Shown piece after piece: positions 8,836 through 17,689 of a DNA stretch of 64,000 nucleotides. The number at the start of each line of letters is the position of its first letter. Position 1 is the stretch's first letter. The DNA is taken from contig CAZSGP010000001.1 in the NCBI GenBank assembly GCA_964606485.1, positions 353,085 through 417,084 of the forward strand, written 5' to 3'. Position numbers and translations under genes: made by a program. The notes beneath the pieces were generated by a model. The model was not told the origin of the DNA. It saw only the letters and a program-made list of their open reading frames with translations, and ran no database searches. This stretch comes from an uncultured Planctomycetia bacterium (GTDB lineage: Bacteria; Omnitrophota; Gorgyraeia; 2-02-FULL-51-18).

Positions 8836-9470
8836 TGGCGTTGCCAATTAAAGAGCTGATCATTGGTTTTGTGAACACCAAAAAAACCGCTTTGATAAAC
8901 GTTATCAGCAACAGACCAGACAAAGAAAAGCAATTGATTGTGATTGTTTTCCTGGCGGCGTTTTTAGCGATCGATTACTTTTTGCTGGTGAAGCCATGCA
9001 TTGATTATTTGTACAAGAATACTCCGGAAATTGCCTCTCTGAAAAGTCGTTTGGATGAAATGCGGCAGGATCAGAAAAATAAAGCGCTGATTGAAAAAAA
9101 TTGGAAAGACACCGCATTGGAGTTAGAAACACGAGAGAAAATGTTTATCTCGCCGAACGAGATTCCGGCGTTAATCGAAAATCTTTCCAAGACAGCTTCG
9201 GATTCCCGCGTAAAAATTTTATCGCTCCAGCCGGTAGAAGCGGCGCGCAAAGAGGATAAAAAGGATTCGAAAGACGAGCATCTGCCGATTCCGATTAAAA
9301 TAGACGGCTTAGCCGGAGCCCATGAACTCGGGAGTTTTTTGGCGAGACTCGAATCAGGCGAGACGTTTATCCGCATTACGGATATGAGAATTAACTCCAA
9401 TCCTCAGGATTCGCACCGCCATTTAATTGGATTGGATATTGAGGCGTATAAAAAGGCGGGCACGTCATGA
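8835..9470 (+). CDS. pilO: Type IV pilus assembly protein PilO
   Basis: Bitopic membrane protein with a coiled coil and a periplasmic domain, at the PilO position in the operon. Stop/start overlap with pilN. Confidence 0.6.
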   Translation: MALPIKELIIGFVNTKKTALINVISNRPDKEKQLIVIVFLAAFLAIDYFLLVKPCIDYLYKNTPEIASLKSRLDEMRQDQKNKALIEKNWKDTALELETREKMFISPNEIPALIENLSKTASDSRVKILSLQPVEAARKEDKKDSKDEHLPIPIKIDGLAGAHELGSFLARLESGETFIRITDMRINSNPQDSHRHLIGLDIEAYKKAGTS

Positions 9471-9871
9471 CGAGGCGTACCTTTTTATGGATTCTTTTGG
9501 TTTCATTTGATATGATTTTTTTGGTTCCAAGCGCTCTTGCCGATAAAGCAGGGTACGACCCAGGCGGGCGCCGCGACCCTTTTGTTCCGCTTGTAACATT
9601 GACCACCAAAGAATCGACGGGGCTGATGGGTGTGGAGAGTCTGGAAGATCTCCATTTGGAAGGGGTAGTTTTTGACCCCAAAAATGGCTCCATGGTTGTC
9701 GCCAATAATGTGGTTCTAAAAGAGGGTGAAACCAACGGTCCGGTCAAAGTTTTAAAAATTAAGGCCGACGGGGCTTATTTCTCTATCAATGGGATCGAGG
9801 GTTTTAAGCCCTCTTATGAAGAGAAGCCGCAGGGCAGTTCTAAAAGTAGTTCAAAAAAGGAGCGTAAGTGA
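9467..9871 (+). CDS. pilP: Type IV pilus assembly lipoprotein PilP-like
   Basis: Small protein with a signal peptide, at the PilP position. Overlapping start/stop codons with both neighbours. Confidence 0.5.
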   Translation: MTRRTFLWILLVSFDMIFLVPSALADKAGYDPGGRRDPFVPLVTLTTKESTGLMGVESLEDLHLEGVVFDPKNGSMVVANNVVLKEGETNGPVKVLKIKADGAYFSINGIEGFKPSYEEKPQGSSKSSSKKERK

Positions 9872-11412
9872 AGCAATTTAGAATTGCCGCAAGTGCTTGC
9901 TTGAGCGTTCTCTTCCTTCTCCAGCCTAGTTTTTTAGCCTATTCCGCCGATAGCGAATCCCAAGAGCAAAGCGCCGCAATTTCTTCTGAAAATCCCTCTC
10001 CGGCGGAGTCGCAAGTTCCTTTGAGCACAGAGCCTATCTCTCCAGAATCTTCAGAGAGCGAAAGAACTGAGGATGCAAGCGCTTCGGAATCGTCAGCGCC
10101 TGAAGTTTCGGCAACCGGCAATGTCACCGTTGATTTTAAAGATGCAGACATTCAAAATGTACTGCGAATCATTTCTTTCAAAAGCGGTGTGAACATTGTT
10201 GCCGGAAGTGATGTGACGGGACAAGTGACGATTCGCCTGGTGGACGTCCCGTGGGAAAAAGCGTTGGATGTGGTGCTAAAGACGTATGGATTTGCCTACG
10301 AGAAAGATGGAAACATTATCCGTGTCACCACACTCGACTCCCTCAAAAAGGGAGATTTGTCGACCGAGGTTTATACGCTCAATTACGCAACGGCTTCTGA
10401 AGTCGTGGCCGCGCTGAAGGATATTTTAAGCGAACGCGGTAAAGCGCAAGCCGATACGCGGTCGAACTCTGTGGTGGTGACCGATATGCCAACGGTTCTC
10501 GCGCAAACAAAGAAAGTCATTGAGCGCTTGGACAAGGGCCCGGCTCAGGTGATGATTAATTCAAAGATTATTGAAACCACTTTGGGTTCTGCGGATCGTT
10601 TGGGGATTCGATGGGGCACGCAGGTAACGCTGGGAGGCTCTCGCCGTCCGACTTCGTTTCCATTTCCAGCCACTCAAAGAACGGCGATCCGACGCTTCTT
10701 ACCGCCAGGTCAACAGAGTTTGGAGGTTACCGATGGAGCGGGCGGAACGGCGGATAACGCCATATTTCCAGCCGGTGGTGCTGCTGAAAATATTCAGCCT
10801 ACTTTTCCGCTGACCGGTGCAGACCAGTTTACGTTTGGAACGCTTGATTTTACGCAGTTTCAGGCGGTTTTAGAAGCGATTCAAACCCGTGATAATTCAA
10901 AGATTCTTTCGGAGCCGCATGTGATTGTGATGAATAATCAGGAGGCTAGAGTGACGGTGGGTGACACGATTGCCATCCCAAACTTCGAACGCAACTCAAC
11001 CACGGGACGAATGGAAATTACAGGATACAGAGATCGCGCGGTGGGCATTACGCTGATCGTGACGCCGCAGATCAACAGCGCCAACGAGATTGTTTTAACC
11101 ATCAATCCGTCGGTGACAACGCTTTTAGGTTATGACACGCTGGCAACAGACATCGTGGCCCCTCACTTTACCAATCGAGAGGCGAAGACTCAGATTCGAA
11201 TTAAGGACGGCGAAACCGTCGCTATTGGAGGATTGATTAAAGACAATACCACTACTGCAGTTACAAAAGTTCCGATTTTAGGGGATCTACCCATTGCGGG
11301 GAAGCTTTTTAAGTTTAAAAATAAGACCGGTGATAAAACCGATCTTTTATTTTTTATGACCGTGCATATTCTCACGGACAAACAAGCTGCTCCGCAAGGG
11401 CATAAAATGTGA
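9868..11412 (+). CDS. pilQ: Type IV pilus secretin PilQ
   Basis: Signal peptide, a Ser/Glu-rich low-complexity linker and N0-like domains. Secretin C-domain reads PILGDLPIAGKLFKFKNKTGDKTDLLFFMTVHIL. GTG start. Confidence 0.85.
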   Translation: MKQFRIAASACLSVLFLLQPSFLAYSADSESQEQSAAISSENPSPAESQVPLSTEPISPESSESERTEDASASESSAPEVSATGNVTVDFKDADIQNVLRIISFKSGVNIVAGSDVTGQVTIRLVDVPWEKALDVVLKTYGFAYEKDGNIIRVTTLDSLKKGDLSTEVYTLNYATASEVVAALKDILSERGKAQADTRSNSVVVTDMPTVLAQTKKVIERLDKGPAQVMINSKIIETTLGSADRLGIRWGTQVTLGGSRRPTSFPFPATQRTAIRRFLPPGQQSLEVTDGAGGTADNAIFPAGGAAENIQPTFPLTGADQFTFGTLDFTQFQAVLEAIQTRDNSKILSEPHVIVMNNQEARVTVGDTIAIPNFERNSTTGRMEITGYRDRAVGITLIVTPQINSANEIVLTINPSVTTLLGYDTLATDIVAPHFTNREAKTQIRIKDGETVAIGGLIKDNTTTAVTKVPILGDLPIAGKLFKFKNKTGDKTDLLFFMTVHILTDKQAAPQGHKM

Positions 11413-11458
11413 TTTTCGCGGCTGCGACTCTATTTTCGCAGCTGATTTGAAATTTTAA

Positions 11459-11502
11459 ACACATCAACTCCGTAATCGGGTGACGTTGATGTGTTTTTTT
11501 TA
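11459..11502 (+). terminator. Rho-independent terminator after pilQ
   Basis: ACACATCAAC and GTTGATGTGT form a perfect 10 bp stem around a 16 nt loop, followed by T8. Confidence 0.65.
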
Positions 11503-11520
11503 TTTTCAGGAGAAAAAGAA

Positions 11521-13080
11521 ATGTCTAGAAAAGAAATTTTAGTGAATGTTGAGTTTCAAGAAAAAAAAGTTTGTGTGATCGAAGACGGTCACTTGGAAGA
11601 GTATTACGTCGAGCGCCACAGTGACCGGCAACTCGTCGGCTCCATTTTTAAAGGCAAGGTCAGTTCAATTGTACCGGGAATTGGTGCGGCGTTTATTGAT
11701 TTGGGACTAGAAAAGAACGGCTTTTTGTATGTTTCCGACGTGGTGGGGCAGGGTGTACTTGACTCCGAAGAAGAGGTTTACGTCGAGAATGCCGAAAAGC
11801 AGGAAGAAAAATTAGAGCGTCGTCCGGGTCGCCGGGATAAGAACGAGCCGATGGTCCAGATTCAGGATGTCTTAAAGAAGGATCAAGAAGTTCTGGTTCA
11901 GGTCGTGAAGGAGCCGTTTGGCACGAAGGGCGCGCGTCTGACTTGTCAGGTCTCCTTAGCGGGGCGTTTCGTGGTGTTTATGCCGCATCACCCGCATGTG
12001 GGAATTTCTAAGCGCATTGACGACCGCAAAGAGCGCGAGCGCATTCGCCAGATCATTAAAAGTGTGGATCTGCCGAAGGACTCCGGCCTCATTGTCCGCA
12101 CGGCGGCGTGGGGTTGTGACGCGAAGGTGCTCGAGCGAGACATTAAGTTTTTGGTGCATCAGTGGAGAGTGATCCAACGCCGCTGCACGCTTAAAAAGGC
12201 ACCGGATATCGTTCATGAAGAATACGGACTTGTACTCCGCATGGTGCGCGACGTGCTCACCGAAAATTTTGAACGCATCGTCATCAACGATAAAGACGAG
12301 TTTAAGAATGTAGATCGTTTTATGCGGGCCGCAGTCCCCAATTTACGCCCGAAGCTTGCTCATTACTCCGGAGATGTTCCAATCTTTTTGGCACATGGCG
12401 TTCAAAAAGACATTGACCGGATTTATGAGCCTAAAGCGAGTTTAAAGAGTGGCGGACATATCGTCATTGACCAGACGGAAGCGCTGGTTGCCATCGACGT
12501 GAACACCGGGAAATTCACCGGAACGCGCAATCTCGAAGAGACGGCGTTTCGCACCAATTGCGAAGCCGCGCGTGAAATTGCTAAGCAAATTCGGTTGAGA
12601 GACTTGGGTGGAATCATCATCATTGATTTCATCGACATGGATTTGTCGGAACATCGTCGTTCGGTTTTAAGAATTTTAGAAGACTCGCTCCGCAAGGATC
12701 GCGCTAAAACAAGTGTGCTCAACTTGTCGCAACTTGGCTTAGTCGAAATGACGCGTCAACGCATGCGTAAGAGCTTGGAAGGCGCCTCCACTCAGAACTG
12801 CCCGTATTGTCAGGGCAAGGGTGTTGTGAAGTCCAAGGAAACAGTTGCGAGCGAAGCGCTTCACAAGGTCACGGCGTTTTTAAAGAATATGAAAAAAGAG
12901 CATGTCGAAGTGACGGTGACTCCTGAAGTCATTGAAGTTTTGACGCGCGAAAATAGCAAGATGATCCGCGGGATTGAAACGCAGTCCCAGAACCGGATTA
13001 GCCTCGTCGCGGATCCGCATTTGCATGTGGAAGAAGTCCGGATTAAGAGGTTGCTTGACAAGCGAAAAAAGCTATGGTAG
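11521..13080 (+). CDS. rng: Ribonuclease G/E family endoribonuclease (Rne/Rng)
   Basis: N-terminus MSRKEILVNVEFQEKKVCVIEDGHLEEYYVE and S1 domain FKGKVSSIVPGIGAAFIDLG. DNase-I-like catalytic region, Zn-link CPYCQGKG. The ATG at 11521 is preceded by GGAGAAAAAG. The track ORF start at 11491 lies inside the terminator. Confidence 0.85.
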   Translation: MSRKEILVNVEFQEKKVCVIEDGHLEEYYVERHSDRQLVGSIFKGKVSSIVPGIGAAFIDLGLEKNGFLYVSDVVGQGVLDSEEEVYVENAEKQEEKLERRPGRRDKNEPMVQIQDVLKKDQEVLVQVVKEPFGTKGARLTCQVSLAGRFVVFMPHHPHVGISKRIDDRKERERIRQIIKSVDLPKDSGLIVRTAAWGCDAKVLERDIKFLVHQWRVIQRRCTLKKAPDIVHEEYGLVLRMVRDVLTENFERIVINDKDEFKNVDRFMRAAVPNLRPKLAHYSGDVPIFLAHGVQKDIDRIYEPKASLKSGGHIVIDQTEALVAIDVNTGKFTGTRNLEETAFRTNCEAAREIAKQIRLRDLGGIIIIDFIDMDLSEHRRSVLRILEDSLRKDRAKTSVLNLSQLGLVEMTRQRMRKSLEGASTQNCPYCQGKGVVKSKETVASEALHKVTAFLKNMKKEHVEVTVTPEVIEVLTRENSKMIRGIETQSQNRISLVADPHLHVEEVRIKRLLDKRKKLW

Positions 13081-13108
13081 CCTTGCATCTCTTTTAGGGG
13101 AAAATTTT

Positions 13109-13426
13109 ATGATAGCAGTGATTCAGACCGGTGGAAAACAGTACAAAGTGAAGGCGGGCGACGAGCTTCATGTCGAGCGTCTAGAGACCGGCAAAAGCAA
13201 AACATTGAAATTTGAGAAAGTGCTTTTAGTTTCCAAAGACGGTGCGGCTCAGTTTGGCAAACCTTTCTTAAAAGGCGCCTACTGCGAAGCCGAGATTTTG
13301 GCTGAAGAGAAGGGACCGAAAGTCATTTCCTTCAAGTATATCCGCCGCGAAAAGGCAGCGACCAAGATCGGACATCGCCAGAAGTATTTGAAAGTTAAAA
13401 TCAAATCCATTCACGCAGGATCTTAA
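13109..13426 (+). CDS. rplU: 50S ribosomal protein L21
   Basis: [25 protein letters not shown] matches the canonical L21 N-terminus. The internal ATG was chosen; the track ORF upstream extension overlaps rng. Confidence 0.9.
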   Translation: MIAVIQTGGKQYKVKAGDELHVERLETGKSKTLKFEKVLLVSKDGAAQFGKPFLKGAYCEAEILAEEKGPKVISFKYIRREKAATKIGHRQKYLKVKIKSIHAGS

Positions 13427-13432
13427 ACCACT

Positions 13433-13681
13433 ATGGCACATAAAAAGGGTCTAGGTAGTTCAAAAAACGGGCGCGATTCTAATTCTAAACGCCGCGGCGT
13501 CAAAGCGTACGGCGGGGAATTTGTTTCAGCTGGAAGCATTATCATCCGTCAAAAAGGTTCACGCTTTTTTCCGGGTTTGAACGTTTCTCAGGGCCGTGAC
13601 TACACTTTATTTGCCCTCAAAGACGGCGTGGTTAGTTTTAAGCCAACCAATCGGGTTCACGTTATCCCCTCTGCAAGTTAA
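13433..13681 (+). CDS. rpmA: 50S ribosomal protein L27
   Basis: [40 protein letters not shown] matches L27. Confidence 0.95.
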   Translation: MAHKKGLGSSKNGRDSNSKRRGVKAYGGEFVSAGSIIIRQKGSRFFPGLNVSQGRDYTLFALKDGVVSFKPTNRVHVIPSAS

Positions 13682-13693
13682 TTAAATTTAATC

Positions 13694-13783
13694 GTCATCC
13701 TGAGCGGTAGCGAAGGATCTTTTCTAAGTGAATCGTTCAGAGAAGATCCTTCGGCGAAAAGCGCCTCAGGATGACATTTTTTA
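13694..13783 (+). terminator. Long compound hairpin (nested inverted repeats GTCATCCTGAG / CTCAGGATGAC and GAAGGATCTT / AAGATCCTTC) followed by T6, between rpmA and obg
   Basis: About 80 nt of imperfect stem with a T-run at 13777-13782. May be a terminator/attenuator or a structured RNA element. Confidence 0.5.
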
Positions 13784-13803
13784 TAGAATGAGGATTTTTT
13801 TTC

Positions 13804-14760
13804 ATGTTTGTTGATGAAGCCATTATCAATTGCACTGCAGGACGCGGAGGAAACGGGTGTCAAAGCCTAGACCGCAGTCGTCCGGGTCATTATAAGCCGA
13901 CTGGAGGGGACGGGGGAGGTGGCGGATCGATTATCATTGAAGCGCAGGCCAACATTCAAACGCTTCTGGATTTTCAGCTCAGCCGTACCTTTGAAGCCGA
14001 AAAAGGCAGTAATGGTTCGAGCAGCAACAAGCGCGGATTTTGCGGTCAAGACCTGATTTTGGGGGTTCCGCCGGGCACCGAGGTTTTTGATTACGGGACG
14101 GGGGAATTTTTAAAGGATCTAGATAAAATTGGCACGCGAGTCATAGTCTGTAAAGGCGGCGAACCGGGGCACGGCAATCATAAAAATGCTGATGCGACTC
14201 CCGGCGGCTTGGGCGAAGTTAAAGACATTCAGCTTAAACTAAAATTAATCGCTGATATCGGAATTATTGGTTTTCCCAACGCCGGCAAATCAACGTTTAT
14301 TTCTAGAGTTTCCAACGCGCGTTCGAAGTCTGCAGCGTACCCGTTTACCACGAAAAGCCCAGTATTGGGTGTGGTAAAATTTAACGATGGAGAGAAGGTT
14401 CTGGTGCTAGCGGATATTCCAGGAATTATTGAAGGGGCCCACGAAGGGCGGGGTTTGGGAATTGAATTTTTAAAGCACGTCGAACGCACCAAGGTGCTTT
14501 TACACATCATCGACTTTGCGTGTTTTGACGGAAGAGACCCGGTTTCGGACTATAAGGCCATCAACAATGAATTGAAAAGTTATTCGGAGAAATTAGCGGC
14601 AAAACCTCAGATCATTTGTGCGAATAAAATGGATGTACCGGAAGCCGAAGAAAATTTGAAAAAATTTAAGAAAAAAATTAAAAAGCAGGTGTTCCCGATC
14701 TCTGCAGCAACGGGAGAGGGGCTTGAAAAACTTTTATTTAAATTGCGAGACTCTGTATGA
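13804..14760 (+). CDS. obg: GTPase Obg (short form, no C-terminal OCT domain)
   Basis: Obg fold with Gly-rich GGDGGGGGS. G1 GFPNAGKST and G3 DIPGIIEGA motifs. Confidence 0.9.
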   Translation: MFVDEAIINCTAGRGGNGCQSLDRSRPGHYKPTGGDGGGGGSIIIEAQANIQTLLDFQLSRTFEAEKGSNGSSSNKRGFCGQDLILGVPPGTEVFDYGTGEFLKDLDKIGTRVIVCKGGEPGHGNHKNADATPGGLGEVKDIQLKLKLIADIGIIGFPNAGKSTFISRVSNARSKSAAYPFTTKSPVLGVVKFNDGEKVLVLADIPGIIEGAHEGRGLGIEFLKHVERTKVLLHIIDFACFDGRDPVSDYKAINNELKSYSEKLAAKPQIICANKMDVPEAEENLKKFKKKIKKQVFPISAATGEGLEKLLFKLRDSV

Positions 14761-15599
14761 GGATGGAATATTTAAAAGGACTGCGCAACATCGTCGTCAA
14801 GGTGGGCACATCCGTTTTATCTAAAAACGGGCGCTTTGATGAAAAGGCGATCGAGCGTTTGTCCGGGGAAATTGCAACGCTTCTTAAGAGCGGCGTTAAA
14901 ATTTCGATTGTGAGCTCCGGGGCTATTGGAGCCGGAATGACGATTTTAAAATTAAAAGAGCGGCCCGCTCAAATGCGCGAGCTTCAGGGATCGGCTGCGG
15001 TAGGACAGCGCTACCTCATGCAGTGCTATGAAAAAGCGTTTTCGAAAAAAGGCTTTTCGACGGCGCAAGTTCTGCTGACTTGGGACGATATGGCCAATGA
15101 AAAACGCTATCTCAATGCGCGACACACGTTAAAACAGATTCAGGACTGGGGAATTGTGCCGGTGGTGAATGAAAACGACACCGTAGCAACCGATGAAATC
15201 CGTTTTGGAGACAACGACCGTCTATCCAGCCTTTTGTCGATTTTAATTGAGGCGGACTGTCTTGTGATTTTGTCAGACACCAATGGGCTTTACGCTGGAG
15301 GCAAAGAGCGCCTTGAAAAAAATCGACTCAAAATAATCGAGCGGGTCGACGATGAAATTTTTGGCCATGTTCAGGAAAGCCGTAGCGCGCTGACGGTCGG
15401 GGGAATGGGCGCCAAGCTCAAATCCGTCTATACGGCGACCGCGTCAGGAATTCCGGTGATCTTAGCGGATGGACGTGAAAAAAACATACTCGGAAAAATA
15501 TTTAAAGGTGAGGACGTCGGAACATTTTTTAAGCCGGAGTCCCGGAAAGCGCGCGCGCGTTCCTGGTCTGAGAATTTTGCGGAGCATGTGAAGCGATGA
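14757..15599 (+). CDS. proB: Glutamate 5-kinase (no PUA domain)
   Basis: IVVKVGTSVLS, SSGAIGAG and amino-acid kinase fold. ATGA overlap with obg. Confidence 0.9.
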   Translation: MRMEYLKGLRNIVVKVGTSVLSKNGRFDEKAIERLSGEIATLLKSGVKISIVSSGAIGAGMTILKLKERPAQMRELQGSAAVGQRYLMQCYEKAFSKKGFSTAQVLLTWDDMANEKRYLNARHTLKQIQDWGIVPVVNENDTVATDEIRFGDNDRLSSLLSILIEADCLVILSDTNGLYAGGKERLEKNRLKIIERVDDEIFGHVQESRSALTVGGMGAKLKSVYTATASGIPVILADGREKNILGKIFKGEDVGTFFKPESRKARARSWSENFAEHVKR

Positions 15600-16840
15600 A
15601 CGCTCAAAAAACGGCCGAACTTTCTAAAAAGGCCTCACACGCTTTGTCGCTGGTTTCACCCGGCGCCAAACAAAATGCGTTGGTGGCCATGGCGAAGAGT
15701 TTAGCCGCTCATCAAGCGCTTATTTTAAAAGAAAACGCTAAAGATGTAATGTCAGCGCGTAAAAATGGACTCGCCCAGAGCCTCATTGGCCGCCTTGAGC
15801 TAGACGAATCTAAAATTAAAAAAATGGCCGAGTCGCTACTTCTCATTTCAAGACTTCCGGACCCCGTGGGGCGCGTGATTTCTCAAACCAAACGCCCCAA
15901 TGGCCTATTGATCAAAAAAGTAGGCGTGCCGATCGGCGTCATTTTGATTATTTATGAATCGCGTCCGAATGTGACCACGGACTGCATGGCGCTGTGTCTT
16001 AAGTCGGGCAATAGTGTTATTTTAAAAGGGGGCAGTGAATCGCTCCGCTCCAATCAGGCGCTTTTTAGTGTGCTGAGCAAAGCCGCTTACAGCGCGGGCA
16101 TTCCAAAAGACGCTTTTTCGCTGGTTGCCCAAGGCGGCCGTGAAACCGTTAAAGAGCTTTTACAGTTAAACGAACAGATTGATCTTGTGATTCCTCGTGG
16201 AGGGGAAGGGTTGATTCGCGAGGTGGCGCAGATTTCAAAGATTCCGGTGATCAAGCATTACAAGGGTATCTGTCAAGTTTTTGTGGATCGGGATGCAAAC
16301 CTTAAAAAAGCTGAAGCTATTGTTTTGAACGCAAAGGTGCAGAATCCAGGCGTGTGCAACGCGATGGAAACATTGCTCGTTCACGAGGCCGTGGCGCAAA
16401 AATTCCTTCCGGTAATCTGTGAATCGCTTCGCGATAAAGGCGTCAAAATCCGCGGCTGTGATAAAACGCGCAAAGTTGTTTCTGGACTTGAAAAGGCGAC
16501 GGAAGAGGACTGGGCGACGGAATACCTGGACCTAGTTCTCTCAATTCGCGTGGTGAAAAATTTAAATGAAGCGATGGCGCATATTCACAAATACGGCTCG
16601 CAACATTCTGACGCCATTGTGACCGAAAATAAAAAAGCCGCAGAACTTTTTACCCAAACCATTGATAGCGCCTGTGTATTTGTGAACACGTCCACCCGCT
16701 TTAACGACGGGGGAGAGTTTGGAATGGGCGCTGAGATGGGAATTTCGACCGACAAACTGCACGCCCGCGGGCCGATGGGGCTTGAAGAGCTGACTTCCTA
16801 CAAATACGTTGTCGAAGGCAGTGGTCAAGTCCGCTCGTAA
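15596..16840 (+). CDS. proA: Gamma-glutamyl phosphate reductase
   Basis: Aldehyde dehydrogenase-like fold with catalytic Cys context VCNAMETLLVH. Coupled to proB. Confidence 0.9.
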   Translation: MNAQKTAELSKKASHALSLVSPGAKQNALVAMAKSLAAHQALILKENAKDVMSARKNGLAQSLIGRLELDESKIKKMAESLLLISRLPDPVGRVISQTKRPNGLLIKKVGVPIGVILIIYESRPNVTTDCMALCLKSGNSVILKGGSESLRSNQALFSVLSKAAYSAGIPKDAFSLVAQGGRETVKELLQLNEQIDLVIPRGGEGLIREVAQISKIPVIKHYKGICQVFVDRDANLKKAEAIVLNAKVQNPGVCNAMETLLVHEAVAQKFLPVICESLRDKGVKIRGCDKTRKVVSGLEKATEEDWATEYLDLVLSIRVVKNLNEAMAHIHKYGSQHSDAIVTENKKAAELFTQTIDSACVFVNTSTRFNDGGEFGMGAEMGISTDKLHARGPMGLEELTSYKYVVEGSGQVRS

Positions 16841-16841
16841 G

Positions 16842-17357
16842 ATGCGGATCGGGATTTTTGGAGGCAGTTTCAACCCCGTCCACGAGGGGCATCTGGTCTT
16901 AGCCCGAAATGCTTACGACGCGCTCAATCTCGAACGCGTGATTTTTGTCCCGTCCTATCAAACACCGCTCAAAGATCCGAACGTTTTATCGAAGCCAGCA
17001 GAGCGCATTCAACATTTAAAAAAAGCTCTTACGCTGTACCCTTATTTTTCAATTTCACTGTGTGAGGTTGAGCGAAAAGGGGTGTCTTACACGGTTGACA
17101 CGCTGCGGTATTTCAAAAAAAAGTTCGGGGCGGACGCTGTGTTGTTTTTTTTAACGGGAGCTGATACCCTACAGTCACTTCGGAAATGGAAGTCGCTTGG
17201 TGAGATCCGGAAACTCTGCCATTTTGTGGTGGCCAGTCGTCCGGGGTACCCCTTAAAGACGCCGTCTTGGGCGCTGGCGCTTCCGATGGATGCGAAGGAT
17301 ATATCCTCAACAAGGATTAGGAGAAAAAAATCGAAAACAACGAAAAAGTCCGCTTAG
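16842..17357 (+). CDS. nadD: Nicotinate-nucleotide adenylyltransferase (C-terminally short)
   Basis: MRIGIFGGSFNPVHEGHL carries the (H/T)xGH motif and ISSTRIR the ISST motif. The protein ends 11 aa after ISSTRIR, whereas typical NadD extends ~25 aa further. The 3' end overlaps the rsfS frame. Confidence 0.8.
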   Translation: MRIGIFGGSFNPVHEGHLVLARNAYDALNLERVIFVPSYQTPLKDPNVLSKPAERIQHLKKALTLYPYFSISLCEVERKGVSYTVDTLRYFKKKFGADAVLFFLTGADTLQSLRKWKSLGEIRKLCHFVVASRPGYPLKTPSWALALPMDAKDISSTRIRRKKSKTTKKSA

Positions 17358-17395
17358 TCTGCGAAGCAGGGTACGAAAAAAAAGCCGACGACATC

Positions 17396-17689
17396 ATGAT
17401 TATGGAAATGAAAAGCAAAACGGCTTTTTGTGATTATTTTGTGGTGATGAGCGCGCCATCCACGGTGCGCGTGAAATCTATTTGTGATTTCATCGAAGAC
17501 ACGATGAAGGGTGAGGGGCATGCGCTGCAACACAAAGAGGGCTATCAAGACGGCCTGTGGGTGCTGCTCGACTTTGGAGCGGTGATCGCGCATGTTTTTA
17601 TTCAGGAAACGCGCGGGTTTTACGACATTGAAAATTTGTGGGGCGATGTTCCTAAGAAGCCCTATCTAGCCCATGAGCGAAAGCGTTAA
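17396..17689 (+). CDS. rsfS: Ribosomal silencing factor RsfS (Iojap family); annotated from first ATG but homology extends ~20 codons upstream with no canonical start
   Basis: DYFVVMSAPSTVRVKSICDFIED...GLWVLLDFGAVIAHVF matches RsfS. The in-frame upstream translation EKVRLVCEAGYEKKADDIMIM matches the RsfS N-terminal helix. Confidence 0.75.
   Translation: MIMEMKSKTAFCDYFVVMSAPSTVRVKSICDFIEDTMKGEGHALQHKEGYQDGLWVLLDFGAVIAHVFIQETRGFYDIENLWGDVPKKPYLAHERKR

Noticed and set aside
9939-10151. 70-aa minus-strand ORF in the PilQ linker-encoding region
   Set aside because: Antisense to the Ser/Glu-rich low-complexity segment of pilQ. Composition artefact.
12974-13108. Upstream extensions of track ORFs (rplU from 12974; similarly rng from 11491, slyD from 34369, uvrA from 26834, lexA from 43750, 58550, 52077, 40131, 16809, 21265)
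   Set aside because: The extensions overlap upstream genes, terminators or a tRNA and lack homology. Internal ATGs with RBS match the conserved protein N-termini.
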